From: Naegleria gruberi
Lineage: Eukaryota
Assembly (NCBI GenBank): GCA_000004985.1
Contig: GG738847.1
Reading direction: 5' to 3' (one strand)
Length of the DNA: 64,000 bases
Shown: positions 11,267 through 21,501 of the stretch, one piece after another
Layout: the number at the start of each line of letters is the position of its first letter
Position numbering within the stretch: the first letter of the stretch is position 1
The notes under the pieces: generated by a model
Told to the model about the DNA's origin: nothing
Databases searched by the model: none
The model's input: only the letters and a program-made list of their open reading frames with translations
Translations under genes and position numbers: made by a program

Positions 11267-11426
11267 CTCAATTTTTTACCTACTTTTCAACATTTTCACA
11301 ATTTCTATTAGTAATTGTAGACTGTTCTTATTCTTGTTTCTTAACCTTTTCAAAATAAAGTACTGCAACCTAATTGTTATCTTCAAAACTCACTTCAACT
11401 CAATCAAAACAACTTCAAACAAAAAA

Positions 11427-12551
11427 ATGGGCGGAAACACAATCTCCAAAGTTACCAAAACACTTCCGAAAAATCCTGCCTCTGTTTTGCAAGAAGCAAA
11501 AGCTTCTCGTGCAGTAGCAAACAATGCTGCCAGTACATCATTTTCTTCTCCAACATCTTCATCTAAATTTTCCAAGAGAGAAGAGGAAGATAAATGGATG
11601 GAAGACCAAGCAACCAGAGTAGTCGGAGATGAACATAGAAAAGTAAGACTTGTTGGATATAATCTTCCTGGAGAGGATGTAAAATATGTTTCACGAGAGG
11701 ATTATGATGTCATGGAGGAATGGAATAATCTTGTAAAGGAGCAAGGAGTTAAAGGATTGGAACAAGTTGAAAGGGAAATGAAGGAAATGAACGATATCAA
11801 TGTTGAAGAACGTAAATATTGGGAAGAACAACAATTGAAGGAAGAATATAAAATTTCCTCTGGTGTTGCAGCAGATGAGAGCCCTGACGAATCAAATGTT
11901 AAATTAACACCAGAACAAGAATTATTAATGAAATTATCTGGAAATGCACAAGTGAAGGATTTGACAGATTCAGACAATAATAAGGAGGATGAATATGAAA
12001 AATTAGTGAGTCAAAACAAGGATGATGATTTCGTGCATCACTTACAAAATATTACTTCAACTTTCAAAGTACAAACTAATGAAGTTGAGGAAACAACAAA
12101 TACTGATTATACTAATGTAGTGGGTAAAGCTCGTGCTCGTCCATTATTCGAAGATATTCACAATGATTCTGGAAGAGTTTATTTACCACACAACAATCAA
12201 CTCAATGCTGGTGAAGATAAGGAAGAACTTGCAAGAGGAATTATAACAAGTATATCCGGTAATAATAATCCAAGAGCTGTAAGAGGTAGATTCTATCCTG
12301 ATACAGTCAAAGATGTGGAATTGAGAAAATTCTGTGATTTGAAGAGGGAATTGGAATATGCCAATACAGAACAATCGAATAAGGATGCTGAAGCTCTGCT
12401 CAAAGATTTTGCCTCACAACAAGCCATGAGTGAAGAAACATTGAAGAGTATTTTGAAATATGTAAATAGTGTGTATGTTTATTCTCCTTCTCAAAATCTT
12501 GAAAGAGATGGAGAATCGTATGGATTTTGGAATAAAATTGAAAGGCAATAA
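11427..12551 (+). CDS. hypothetical acidic E/K-rich protein
   Basis: ORF 11334..12551. Likely initiator is MGGNTISK at 11427, preceded by an A-rich leader (CAAACAAAAAAATGG). Highly charged low-complexity sequence with no recognisable domain. Confidence 0.45.
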   Translation: MGGNTISKVTKTLPKNPASVLQEAKASRAVANNAASTSFSSPTSSSKFSKREEEDKWMEDQATRVVGDEHRKVRLVGYNLPGEDVKYVSREDYDVMEEWNNLVKEQGVKGLEQVEREMKEMNDINVEERKYWEEQQLKEEYKISSGVAADESPDESNVKLTPEQELLMKLSGNAQVKDLTDSDNNKEDEYEKLVSQNKDDDFVHHLQNITSTFKVQTNEVEETTNTDYTNVVGKARARPLFEDIHNDSGRVYLPHNNQLNAGEDKEELARGIITSISGNNNPRAVRGRFYPDTVKDVELRKFCDLKRELEYANTEQSNKDAEALLKDFASQQAMSEETLKSILKYVNSVYVYSPSQNLERDGESYGFWNKIERQ

Positions 12552-13236
12552 TCTGAAAAGGGGTTCCAATTCTTATCAATATTATAAGGTGCATTTCTAC
12601 TCCTTAAATTAATTATACGAAACAAAACAATGGCCAAAGTCAATCCACCATCTATAATAAAAGAGGAAGGTAAAAGTTACTGATATCAGAAGCCTGGCTC
12701 CTTTTTTTCAATTTCGTAGATTATAACAATGCCAATTGAGGTCAGAATAGCAACCCGAGTCTAAAAACAACTACATTACCAACGATGATCGTTCTAAATG
12801 TCCCTTGTCATCAATAAACAAAAAAAAGCAACAACAATTTCCAAGTTGTGTGAATGTTTGTGAAATAACATGTCAAGACACAAACAAGCAATAACTTCAC
12901 AAGATCTTCGAGATGGCAATGACCACAATATAACAACTCCAACTGCACAGAATCAAATCACATCCAATGATGATGAGGAAAATAATGTTGTGGAATTTTC
13001 ATCCGAATCATCCATAACCAATATCAACAACCAAAATTCCAACCACAACATTATCTGCCAATAACAAGTCAACCACAACAAAAACTCGAACCAGTCATAC
13101 TGCTAGGAGACTCTCTCGAATCTATCGATCCTCACCATCCTCACCATCAGTAGTAGTTGTACAGAGTGGTACTGCTGAAAACTATCATCAGGATAATTCC
13201 TTTGCTGTTGAAGAGAATACAGATGATCCGAATGTT

Positions 13237-16218
13237 ATGGCTGATGATGAACAAGATGAAGAGGAGGGAGCACTCTCTCCACCACAAATCATTACCAAAT
13301 CACCGACTCCTTCTTCATCTTCTCCAAATTTCAAACTGAATCTTGCTAATATCAAATCTTACCAACAACAACAAAACAATTCAATCAATGATGCTTCATT
13401 ATCAACAACATCTAATAAGATGTCTTCTATTCAGCATATTATGATTAAAACACCGAGAGGAAGAAGTGTTTCGGAGGCTGTTCTTCCAAACTCTGCAAGA
13501 GTCAGTAGTAGTAACAATTCATTGGAATCCGAGTCAGAGTTTTATCAAGTACCAGCAGTCAATTCTTCTGGTCGATTCACATCAAGAACAAGTCGAATGA
13601 ATAATAATTCGAGTACTAGGAGAACTAATCAATCATCACCATATTACATTCCTCCTTCTTCTTCTACTCAATCACCTCGTTCAATTCTCTCCAATTATAA
13701 TAATAATAATAACAATTCATCATCAACACCAAGAACCCGATCACCAGCCAATCAATCACCTCGATCAGCTCTCACACCCAGACAAGTTACCTTCTTTGAT
13801 GAGTCACCTAACCAGTTGCCTCATTCAGCCAATGCCATACTCTTTAATCAGCAGCAGCAAATGAGTCCCGATTACATTTTCCAATTAGCAGCAGCAACAA
13901 ATTCAAATAATAATGCTATTGGCAGTAGTGGCAATAATAGTCGATCTCAATCACCAGCAACAACAAACAAATTGGCGCCAAAACATTTACAAGGCAACTT
14001 GAAAATTCCTCACGAAAAATATATCACAACACCATCACCCAATGGTGGAAATGGATCAAAATCACCTTTGGCACCATCGGTTTACGAGTCGATTTTTGGA
14101 GTGCCTCATTCAAAGCAATCACTCATGTTTAGGCACAGTTATGGAAATGAATTTGAGGCGAGAGGAGAGGAAGAGGTTGTTGAGGATTTGAGTTTCAATC
14201 ACAAAAGTCCAAATTATAGTAATAATCAATCGAATAGGACTGCCTCTCCGCAATTAACACCAAGAAGATTGGCACAACAAATGACATCTTCTATTAAGGC
14301 ACGTCTTTCGCCGAGAAATAAGGCAGAGAAGGAGGGATTTTCTGGACTAGTTGATGAAAGTAGTTCATTGGAAATGAACCAAAATGTTTTCTCAAATGAT
14401 ATTGGAATAATTATGCATTCTCATGATGATCATCTAAATGATCTTAAAAGTGATGATGAGAGCTCTGTGAGACATGTCGTTCAGGATATTGACATGCACG
14501 AGGTTATTGCGACTGCTATGGATGGAATGAAATCACACCACGTTCAAACCATTTCAGCAGATAGTATCAATAGGGAGGGATCAACTCTTTCAGTGAGTCC
14601 AAATTATTTGATACCAAACATGGATTCAACAGAGTCAAGTTGCCAATCCCCTCCAACAACTTCACAATTAGTCATGGCTGCTAGTGTAACAAATATTAAC
14701 AAGCCACCCATGCATACCTATTCCACTTCTGATTTGACAACCATCAGTCCAGGTATGATGAAAGGGAGAGCCAGTGTTGGAACAGATGCTGAGGGAAAAT
14801 CAGTTGTTTCAAATCACAAGAAGAAGCAATTATTCAAAGTTAAAACTTGTTGTGGTACCATTGAGCTGTCTGTTTTCAAGCTTTTTGCACTTGCTGCACT
14901 CTTTGTAAACACTTTGGCCTTTGTGTGGCTTGCTGTATTGCTTTCCTTAATTTATGTCAATCAAATTGACCAGTACACCCTCGAGACAACTCCAAGTTTA
15001 AAAGCCACACAAAGTATACAATACACCAGAGCAATGATGTCCTATCTCACTAAAGTAACTGCATATTCATCGACTTGTGCTCCACTACTTTTACAATATG
15101 AAAACTTTACTTATTACAACGAAACTATGTACATTAACAGGTTTGAAGCTGACTATTTGGCATTAATGAGCGATCTTAATGCCTCCAAAGCTGTTCTATC
15201 TCAAGAAATTGTAAATAATTTGGAAAATTCTTCCTTTATGGGAAAAGATTTAGAGGCATACCAATTATTGAAAAATGGTCAACCTTTGGAAGCTCTCAAA
15301 TTATTGGAAAGTAATGAATATGTAAAACAGTACAAGATGGAAAAAGATACTGTAGTAGACCCTATTTCTAGCTATTTTGAAGCTCTAGGATTGAAGAAAA
15401 CATATGAAATGTCATTTTTATCATTGATGGGTCTGATTGTGGTTGCCTGTGTATTTGCATTTGTGGTTCCTCTATTTATTTTCATTTTGGTTTGTGCTTT
15501 CAATAGAGATAGCTTACATTTGGAAAGATTGAATAGAGCCAATGCAGTTATGCTCATGGATACTATGAACAATGAAATACTCAGAGACCTTTTCAAAAAG
15601 CATTGCGAGATCGAGTATGCCTCAGAGAATTTCTCAATTTTGGAAAAGATCAATGAATACAAACAATTATGTGAAAAGAGTTTTGAAATTCAAGTGGCAC
15701 TATTTGATATTGAAAATAATGGACCAAACGAATTGGATGTTTCCTCACCTGTAAAGAGAAGGCCAGGAACTGTTGAAATCGAATTTCCTAGCTCACCTAT
15801 TTCTCCAATGAGAAGAAAGCAATCTTCTGCTGATAATAGAGATTCAAAGAGAATGAAACTATTTAAACGACAATACTCTGAAAAGGATTTAGAACGTATT
15901 GAACAAGAAAAGTATGAAATTGCATTCGAAATATTCACTGACTATCTTGATGTGAATGGAGAAAGGTCTATAAATATTAACAAAACCCTTTCAGATAAGG
16001 TAAAAGAACAAATGGATGGCTATGCCAAGGGTATGATTGACTTTTTGTCAGACAATTTGTTTGACATTGTAGAATTAGAAGTTTGTGTAGTATTGCTAGA
16101 TACTCACTATCGTTTTAAGGAGAGTTTGAGTTTCCAAAAACAAATGAAGATTGACAAGATCAATAAGGCCAAACTGGTACGAAAACATCGTACAAGAAGT
16201 TCAAGATATTTTCAATAA
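13237..16218 (+). CDS. membrane protein with C-terminal RGS (regulator of G-protein signalling) domain
   Basis: 993-aa ORF. About 540 aa of S/N/Q-rich disordered N-terminus. Two predicted TM helices (LSVFKLFALAALFVNTLAFVWLAVLLSLIYV and SFLSLMGLIVVACVFAFVVPLFIFILVCAF). C-terminal RGS-like box (LRDLFKKHCEIEYASENFSILEKINEYKQL ... IAFEIFTDYLDVNGERSININKTL). The upstream frame is open from about 13015 with no ATG, so the 5' end is uncertain. Confidence 0.6.
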   Translation: MADDEQDEEEGALSPPQIITKSPTPSSSSPNFKLNLANIKSYQQQQNNSINDASLSTTSNKMSSIQHIMIKTPRGRSVSEAVLPNSARVSSSNNSLESESEFYQVPAVNSSGRFTSRTSRMNNNSSTRRTNQSSPYYIPPSSSTQSPRSILSNYNNNNNNSSSTPRTRSPANQSPRSALTPRQVTFFDESPNQLPHSANAILFNQQQQMSPDYIFQLAAATNSNNNAIGSSGNNSRSQSPATTNKLAPKHLQGNLKIPHEKYITTPSPNGGNGSKSPLAPSVYESIFGVPHSKQSLMFRHSYGNEFEARGEEEVVEDLSFNHKSPNYSNNQSNRTASPQLTPRRLAQQMTSSIKARLSPRNKAEKEGFSGLVDESSSLEMNQNVFSNDIGIIMHSHDDHLNDLKSDDESSVRHVVQDIDMHEVIATAMDGMKSHHVQTISADSINREGSTLSVSPNYLIPNMDSTESSCQSPPTTSQLVMAASVTNINKPPMHTYSTSDLTTISPGMMKGRASVGTDAEGKSVVSNHKKKQLFKVKTCCGTIELSVFKLFALAALFVNTLAFVWLAVLLSLIYVNQIDQYTLETTPSLKATQSIQYTRAMMSYLTKVTAYSSTCAPLLLQYENFTYYNETMYINRFEADYLALMSDLNASKAVLSQEIVNNLENSSFMGKDLEAYQLLKNGQPLEALKLLESNEYVKQYKMEKDTVVDPISSYFEALGLKKTYEMSFLSLMGLIVVACVFAFVVPLFIFILVCAFNRDSLHLERLNRANAVMLMDTMNNEILRDLFKKHCEIEYASENFSILEKINEYKQLCEKSFEIQVALFDIENNGPNELDVSSPVKRRPGTVEIEFPSSPISPMRRKQSSADNRDSKRMKLFKRQYSEKDLERIEQEKYEIAFEIFTDYLDVNGERSININKTLSDKVKEQMDGYAKGMIDFLSDNLFDIVELEVCVVLLDTHYRFKESLSFQKQMKIDKINKAKLVRKHRTRSSRYFQ

Positions 16219-16244
16219 TTTCCAAAAAAGAAATTAATAATAAA

Positions 16245-16858
16245 TTAGTAAGTGCTATATTCAGGAGGTTGAGAATTTTTCTTATTCTTTGGTGAAGACA
16301 TTTCTCTTCTCAAACCAGTCAGAATTTGAGCAATATCATAATTGCTATTCCATTGAGATCCAAGCAGTGGGAATTCATTGAGAAGAATTTCACCACGCAA
16401 ACCAACACAACTCATATTAACTTTGCTGACAAAACGAACAGTTGGTGCAATTTCAGGATAGCGATCTCCACAAACAATATTAACAGTGAAAATTCTACCT
16501 TCAAATGCAGTCTACAATTCCAATATTATTTTGATTAGCCTACAAATCAATATAATTATTATTATACATACACCTGATGGTCCAATAATAGTTCCGTCCC
16601 AATTTGTGAGAGTAATATCATCACCATTTTGAAGCCCGTAACTAACAGTACCATCACCGATACCCTTTTCACCCTTTTCTAATTCTTCCAAAAGACGGAA
16701 ACTTCTTGGTACTATATTCCGTTATTATTTATCATCACCAAATAGTCATATAAAAATTTTCCAATATCAAATTAATATTGATCCATCAAAATGATCAAAA
16801 GTTTTCGGCCGATTAAAAAACAAATTCCTTCATCCATTACTACCATACCTTTGGACAT
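16245..16858 (-). CDS. ubiquitin-conjugating enzyme E2 variant (UEV/MMS2), 3 exons
   Basis: Hand-assembled: complement(join(16245..16511,16572..16711,16849..16858)), 417 nt, 138 aa. Translation: [138 protein letters not shown]. Intron 1: 137 nt, donor GTATGG, after the 10-nt first exon ATGTCCAAAG. Intron 2: 60 nt, donor GTATGT. The N-terminal 20 aa nearly match yeast Mms2. The listed plus-strand ORF 16326..16538 is antisense noise. Confidence 0.85.
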
Positions 16859-17099
16859 TTTTGTATTTTTTTATTATTTAAAAATTTATTTTTAGAAGTT
16901 CAACTCCCAACACAAAAACCTTAAAATTCCTCCTAACTAATTCCATGAAGAGAAACTACATTTCTGGCAGATGAATATTATTGAAATTAACATTATCACA
17001 CAAATACAAGAAGTTTTTCAGAATGCTGTTGTTTCAATTAAAACAAGTTCATAGCGCAGTTGACAAGAATCTTGTAATGAATTTCAATTTTAAAAAAAA

Positions 17100-18950
17100 A
17101 TGGGCAATGATAAGAGTAAGGGCTTTTTGAACTCTGCCAATTCGGCAGACAAGGATGAACTTGATAAAACCATAGAAAAATTGAAGGGTATTGAAGTATC
17201 TTCGATGAAATTCTATCCGATCAAGTTGAATGGCAAGGAGAAGAATCAAAACTTGTTATTTCCAAAGGAGGTTATTATGGAGATGGCAATTAATTATTTG
17301 GAAATTAGGGATATGCATAAATTGGCAATGACTTGTAAATTATTGTATAATTGGTTATTTTCTGATGCAAATGAATTTTGGAGAAGAGTTGGAGAGAGGG
17401 ATGGATTTTCTGATAAAAGTGGAGAAGAAATTCAGAAAATCTATGCTAATTTATGGAAGCAATGTTTTGATTTTGAGAATCATCAGTATTTTGAAAATTG
17501 CCTTCAATCTAAGATGTATACCTACTCGAATAGCCATTCTTACAATTATGAGAATTTTATGAAATTTTTGGATGGAATTAATAGAGATATTAATCAAATG
17601 ATTTATGTTTTGAGAAATCCAAAGAGAAATATCATTTTGAGGGCTTATATTGCTGTTTATGGATTGTGGGATCACACAAAGGGAGAAGAGTTGGATGAAA
17701 AACTTGAGAAAATCTTCAGAACACTGTGTTTCACTGAAGATGGAACTGAATTAGAGGCAATTATTGATTGGCAAAGTACCAAAGTTTGCAATTTACTCTC
17801 TATTACAATGGATATGAACCTTCAAAGGTTAAATAGTGATCAGGTAAAGGAAAGAATTGAAGATTTATTTCTACAAACAGCAGCATTTAGAGTTGACTGT
17901 TCTGGATTCACAAAATATTATAGGTTTGCAGAGGGACAATTATCTGAAAGGGCTAACAAACTTCTCTCTAACAGATATCAAACTAGGGAAAGCAATCCAA
18001 AATGGTGTGAATATTATGATTTGCTTTTGAGGGTTCTGACAACACCAGAGATACGTAAGACAATCCATAGCATTTATAGCTTAGAATCCATCATGCAGTA
18101 TTTCCAATCATTTAAAAGGGAGGAATCGATTGATATTATTATAGATCTTTTAAGGAGTAATGAGTTATTTAAGGAAGAACAAACAATTGGATATATAACC
18201 TGTAAGAGTTTAGCTTGGGATCATCCGAGAATATTTGAAGAGTTGATGAATGAAAGATACTATTCGAATGAGTGTTCATATATCTATGCAAATCTGATCG
18301 GAAGATATATATACACCAATAGTCAGGAGGTTAATGTGGATGTCAGGAAAAGAGCATTGAACCACATTTCATTTATATGTAAGAATAAGAAGCATATTAA
18401 TGAGATTGCAGATACATTCATCTATTATCTACCATGGAAGAAATTGAAAGAATTTACTAATTTCCAATGGACAGAATTTAAAGAGGAAGCATTGAAAGAG
18501 TTAAAGGAATGTACATATTATATGTGGACCTACACGCAAAAAGTTTCATTCCTTCCAATCCTTACAGATTTTTATGCTGAAGAACAAGATAGAACAATCA
18601 ATCAACTATTGAGCTTAAAGCCCCTTTCAGGTAGAGACACAAGCCACTACATTGTTGAGGAGGCATTCAGAATCTTGAAAAATTATGCTGAGAGAATTCA
18701 ACTACAAGACTACGATTCATATTTCCCTCGGTTGATTGAGTACCTGAAGGCTTATATTCTAAACCCTGATTGCCACAATAATGATTGTACTATTAAGGAA
18801 ATAGTTAAAGCTGCTGAATGGATTCAACCAAAGTATTCTATTGAGAAACTGTATGGAACCATGAAAAAGGCATCAGAAACCAGTTCATTTATTCAATACT
18901 ATGTAAAAGATGGTCTTCCAAGTATTGAATTAATCATGAACAAACAATAA
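17100..18950 (+). CDS. F-box domain protein
   Basis: 616-aa ORF. F-box-like segment FPKEVIMEMAINYLEIRDMHKLAMTCKLLYNWL near the N-terminus. MGNDKSK start (possible N-myristoylation). Remainder helical with no other recognisable domain. Confidence 0.55.
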   Translation: MGNDKSKGFLNSANSADKDELDKTIEKLKGIEVSSMKFYPIKLNGKEKNQNLLFPKEVIMEMAINYLEIRDMHKLAMTCKLLYNWLFSDANEFWRRVGERDGFSDKSGEEIQKIYANLWKQCFDFENHQYFENCLQSKMYTYSNSHSYNYENFMKFLDGINRDINQMIYVLRNPKRNIILRAYIAVYGLWDHTKGEELDEKLEKIFRTLCFTEDGTELEAIIDWQSTKVCNLLSITMDMNLQRLNSDQVKERIEDLFLQTAAFRVDCSGFTKYYRFAEGQLSERANKLLSNRYQTRESNPKWCEYYDLLLRVLTTPEIRKTIHSIYSLESIMQYFQSFKREESIDIIIDLLRSNELFKEEQTIGYITCKSLAWDHPRIFEELMNERYYSNECSYIYANLIGRYIYTNSQEVNVDVRKRALNHISFICKNKKHINEIADTFIYYLPWKKLKEFTNFQWTEFKEEALKELKECTYYMWTYTQKVSFLPILTDFYAEEQDRTINQLLSLKPLSGRDTSHYIVEEAFRILKNYAERIQLQDYDSYFPRLIEYLKAYILNPDCHNNDCTIKEIVKAAEWIQPKYSIEKLYGTMKKASETSSFIQYYVKDGLPSIELIMNKQ

Positions 18951-19586
18951 CTTTAATATTAGATAATTCCAAAATGATGACCTTAACAAAAAAAATGAAA
19001 CATTCACTCTCTGACTCGTATTGTGAGGCAAACAAGAAGAATAAATCTGTTCCTTCGTTGGACAAGTGTAAAGGATTTGATTCAACGATGACTAGAGATT
19101 TATTGAAAGAATTTGTTCATTCATCTCTTTAGATGCTGGCTCTTCTTTAACAAGCGTTGAGATTGATTATGGTCCATCCAAGCAAGAAACTGATTGGTCT
19201 TGATGAACATTTCACCTTAACAAAATTTTGACAATATCTTCTTTATAGTGGAATTCGTGTAATGTTCCAAATCAGAAAGAACAATTATAATTCAAAACTG
19301 GCATCCATTGGATGAGTATGTCATTACTATTGTGATTGGCATGACTAAGTCCAAATGGTGTGAACTACTGTGTTCTTGGAATTTTCTATTAAGGAGAGTT
19401 CTTAAATTGAGTCTGCGAGTAAATTCTTCAATTGAGGGAAATCACCAAATCTATTCTTGATTCCAGTGAGGGTTTGACATTAATTTTGGACAATTGTGTA
19501 AATAAACTAATCTCTTTGGCACGTAGTTGAAGTTTAAGTATTGGGAAATATTTCAATGATTCATTGAATTTTGCCATCTTGTTTTC

Positions 19587-19610
19587 AATACTATAATACT
19601 ATAATACTAT
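19587..19610. repeat. short tandem repeat (AATACTAT)x3
   Basis: AATACTATAATACTATAATACTAT, read directly in a ~900-bp ORF-free AT-rich spacer. Confidence 0.5.
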
Positions 19611-19892
19611 GAATCTCTTCCAAGTCATGAACAAGCAATAAATTCATCCTTTTTCAAATTGACAAGAATCCAATCTTATCTTGCTTTTGGCTACTCAGTG
19701 AAATTGAAGTTACCTTCCTTGTGCTATCCCGATTTCTAACCACAAAATTAAATTTTAATTAATTAATTGCAAATTCAATGTTCCGAAACATGATGACCAT
19801 GCTATCAATCGGAGATGACTTCATAAAATTCTAAGAATGGCTCCTTTCAATAAAGATCGCAAATAATTAAATTAATATTTAAAAAATTCAAG

Positions 19893-20099
19893 ATGAGATT
19901 CACTGGCTTGTATCGTACCACCAATTATTTGCGCAATAATGCTCTCGGCAAGGTTGCCTCTCCTTCTTCAACAAGTTCTACTACATCAACAACAACATCA
20001 ACTGTTAAAACCGCTGCTAAGAAATCAGATGGTGTGATTAGAGGAAGTGCCGTTGCTGTTATTGGTGGTGCTGCTATTTTTGGTTCAGCATACTATTAG
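19893..20099 (+). CDS. small hypothetical protein with mitochondrial-presequence-like N-terminus and Gly-zipper C-terminal TM
   Basis: 68 aa. MRFTGLYRTTNYLRNNALGK is basic and acid-free. C-terminus GSAVAVIGGAAIFGSAYY is GxxxG-like. Small size makes the call weak. Confidence 0.3.
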   Translation: MRFTGLYRTTNYLRNNALGKVASPSSTSSTTSTTTSTVKTAAKKSDGVIRGSAVAVIGGAAIFGSAYY

Positions 20100-20203
20100 T
20101 ATGTTTTGTGAATATTATTTAGAGAATTTTAATCATCATAATATTTAATAATTACTTATTATTTAATAATTATATTGTTATCATTTAAATTTTCGGATTT
20201 TAT

Positions 20204-20611
20204 TTGGATAATAATTATCGGATTTATAGTTTGAGAGATCTTATGGAAAGTGAAACAAATCAATTAATTGAAAAGACTAAAAGTATTGAATCATTAAAGA
20301 CTAAACGTCAACTTTTGGAAGAAGAAAAGAGAGAAATAGAAAAGGAACACGAAAAATTATTAAAGAAGAGAGAATTGGCCAATCAATTGCCAGAAGAAAA
20401 GGATCAAGCCTCCCACAAACTTCTCCTCCTTAAATTCTATCGTAATTGGAATTCGATCTTTTATGGTGTTAGCTCTGAAATAGATAGTCAAAATCAAAAG
20501 AAACAACAAGAACGTATGAGTGTTATGAGAAGCAGAGTTGAGGAAGAAGTGCAATCCAAATTTAGTTTGAAGGATGGTCAATATAAGATTAAGACTATTC
20601 AAGAAGAGTAA
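20204..20611 (+). CDS. hypothetical coiled-coil protein
   Basis: 135-aa ORF rich in E/K heptads (LKTKRQLLEEEKREIEKEHEKLLKKRELANQL). No domain identified. Confidence 0.35.
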   Translation: MDNNYRIYSLRDLMESETNQLIEKTKSIESLKTKRQLLEEEKREIEKEHEKLLKKRELANQLPEEKDQASHKLLLLKFYRNWNSIFYGVSSEIDSQNQKKQQERMSVMRSRVEEEVQSKFSLKDGQYKIKTIQEE

Positions 20612-20754
20612 ATCTTGCCAATTTTAAAAACCTTGTAACAAAATGGATTTAATATAATGATATTATTTAAATATTATGACTTTTTTCAATATGTCTCTTT
20701 ATCTCTTAATTAGTGATATCTTTTGGCGCCCAAACAAATTTCAAACCGTAAAAA

Positions 20755-21501
20755 ATGTCTGAAAGTGAGACCATTGATATAAACGAGATTAGGAGGAAGA
20801 GGAAGGATCTCATCAAGGGCCTTCCAAAGCCATCATTTATACGATTAAAAGTAATTAGTATGGGAGAGTCGGAAGTTGGAAAAAGTTGTTTAATTAAAAG
20901 ATATTGCGAGGAAAGAGTATGTTTGTGTGTTCATCTTCATTGAAACAATATTGATGAAATTAAATAGTTTGTACCTAAATATACAGGAACGATTGGGGTA
21001 GATTTCGGAGTCAAAAGAGTAATGATAGATGGAAGAGAGGTACGAGTAAACTTTTGGGATTTGAGTGGACAGCCCGAGTTCTTTGAAGTTAGGAATGAAT
21101 TTTATAAGGATACACAAGGAGTAAGTCAATATAATATTATTTTCGAATGTATTGACAATGATCATCATCACGGAATTGAGTAGGCAGTTTTAGTTTATGA
21201 TGTTTGTTCGAGAGCTAGTTTTGAGGCCCTTGATACGTGGCTGGCAGAATCATCAAAATATGGAGCTAAGGGTCTTTTCATTGCTGTTTGTGGTAATAAA
21301 TCAGACGATAAGAATAGAGCAGTAAGCGAGAAGGATGGAAGGGATTGGGCAGAAAAGAATGGACTGGTGTAAGTTTTCTTCAAACTATTTTGAATTAATG
21401 AACTGTTTAGATTTTTCGAAACGAGTGCACAGAATGGAACAAATGTTCAATTAATGTTTGATACATTATTCAGGGATATCATCACTCAAATGTATTCTTA
21501 A
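20755..21501 (+). CDS. Rab-family GTPase resembling the Rab domain of DNAJC27/RBJ but lacking a J domain, 4 exons
   Basis: join(20755..20916,20968..21120,21184..21368,21411..21501), 591 nt. Introns of 51, 63 and 42 nt with donors GTATGT, GTAAGT, GTAAGT and acceptors AAATAG, GAGTAG, GTTTAG. Translation: MSESETIDINEIRRKRKDLIKGLPKPSFIRLKVISMGESEVGKSCLIKRYCEERFVPKYTGTIGVDFGVKRVMIDGREVRVNFWDLSGQPEFFEVRNEFYKDTQGAVLVYDVCSRASFEALDTWLAESSKYGAKGLFIAVCGNKSDDKNRAVSEKDGRDWAEKNGLVFFETSAQNGTNVQLMFDTLFRDIITQMYS. G1 GESEVGKS, G3 WDLSGQ, G4 GNKSD, G5 ETSAQ. Confidence 0.8.

Noticed and set aside
16326-16538. Plus-strand 70-aa ORF
   Set aside because: It lies antisense to exon 3 of the well-supported UEV/MMS2 gene and has no protein-like features.
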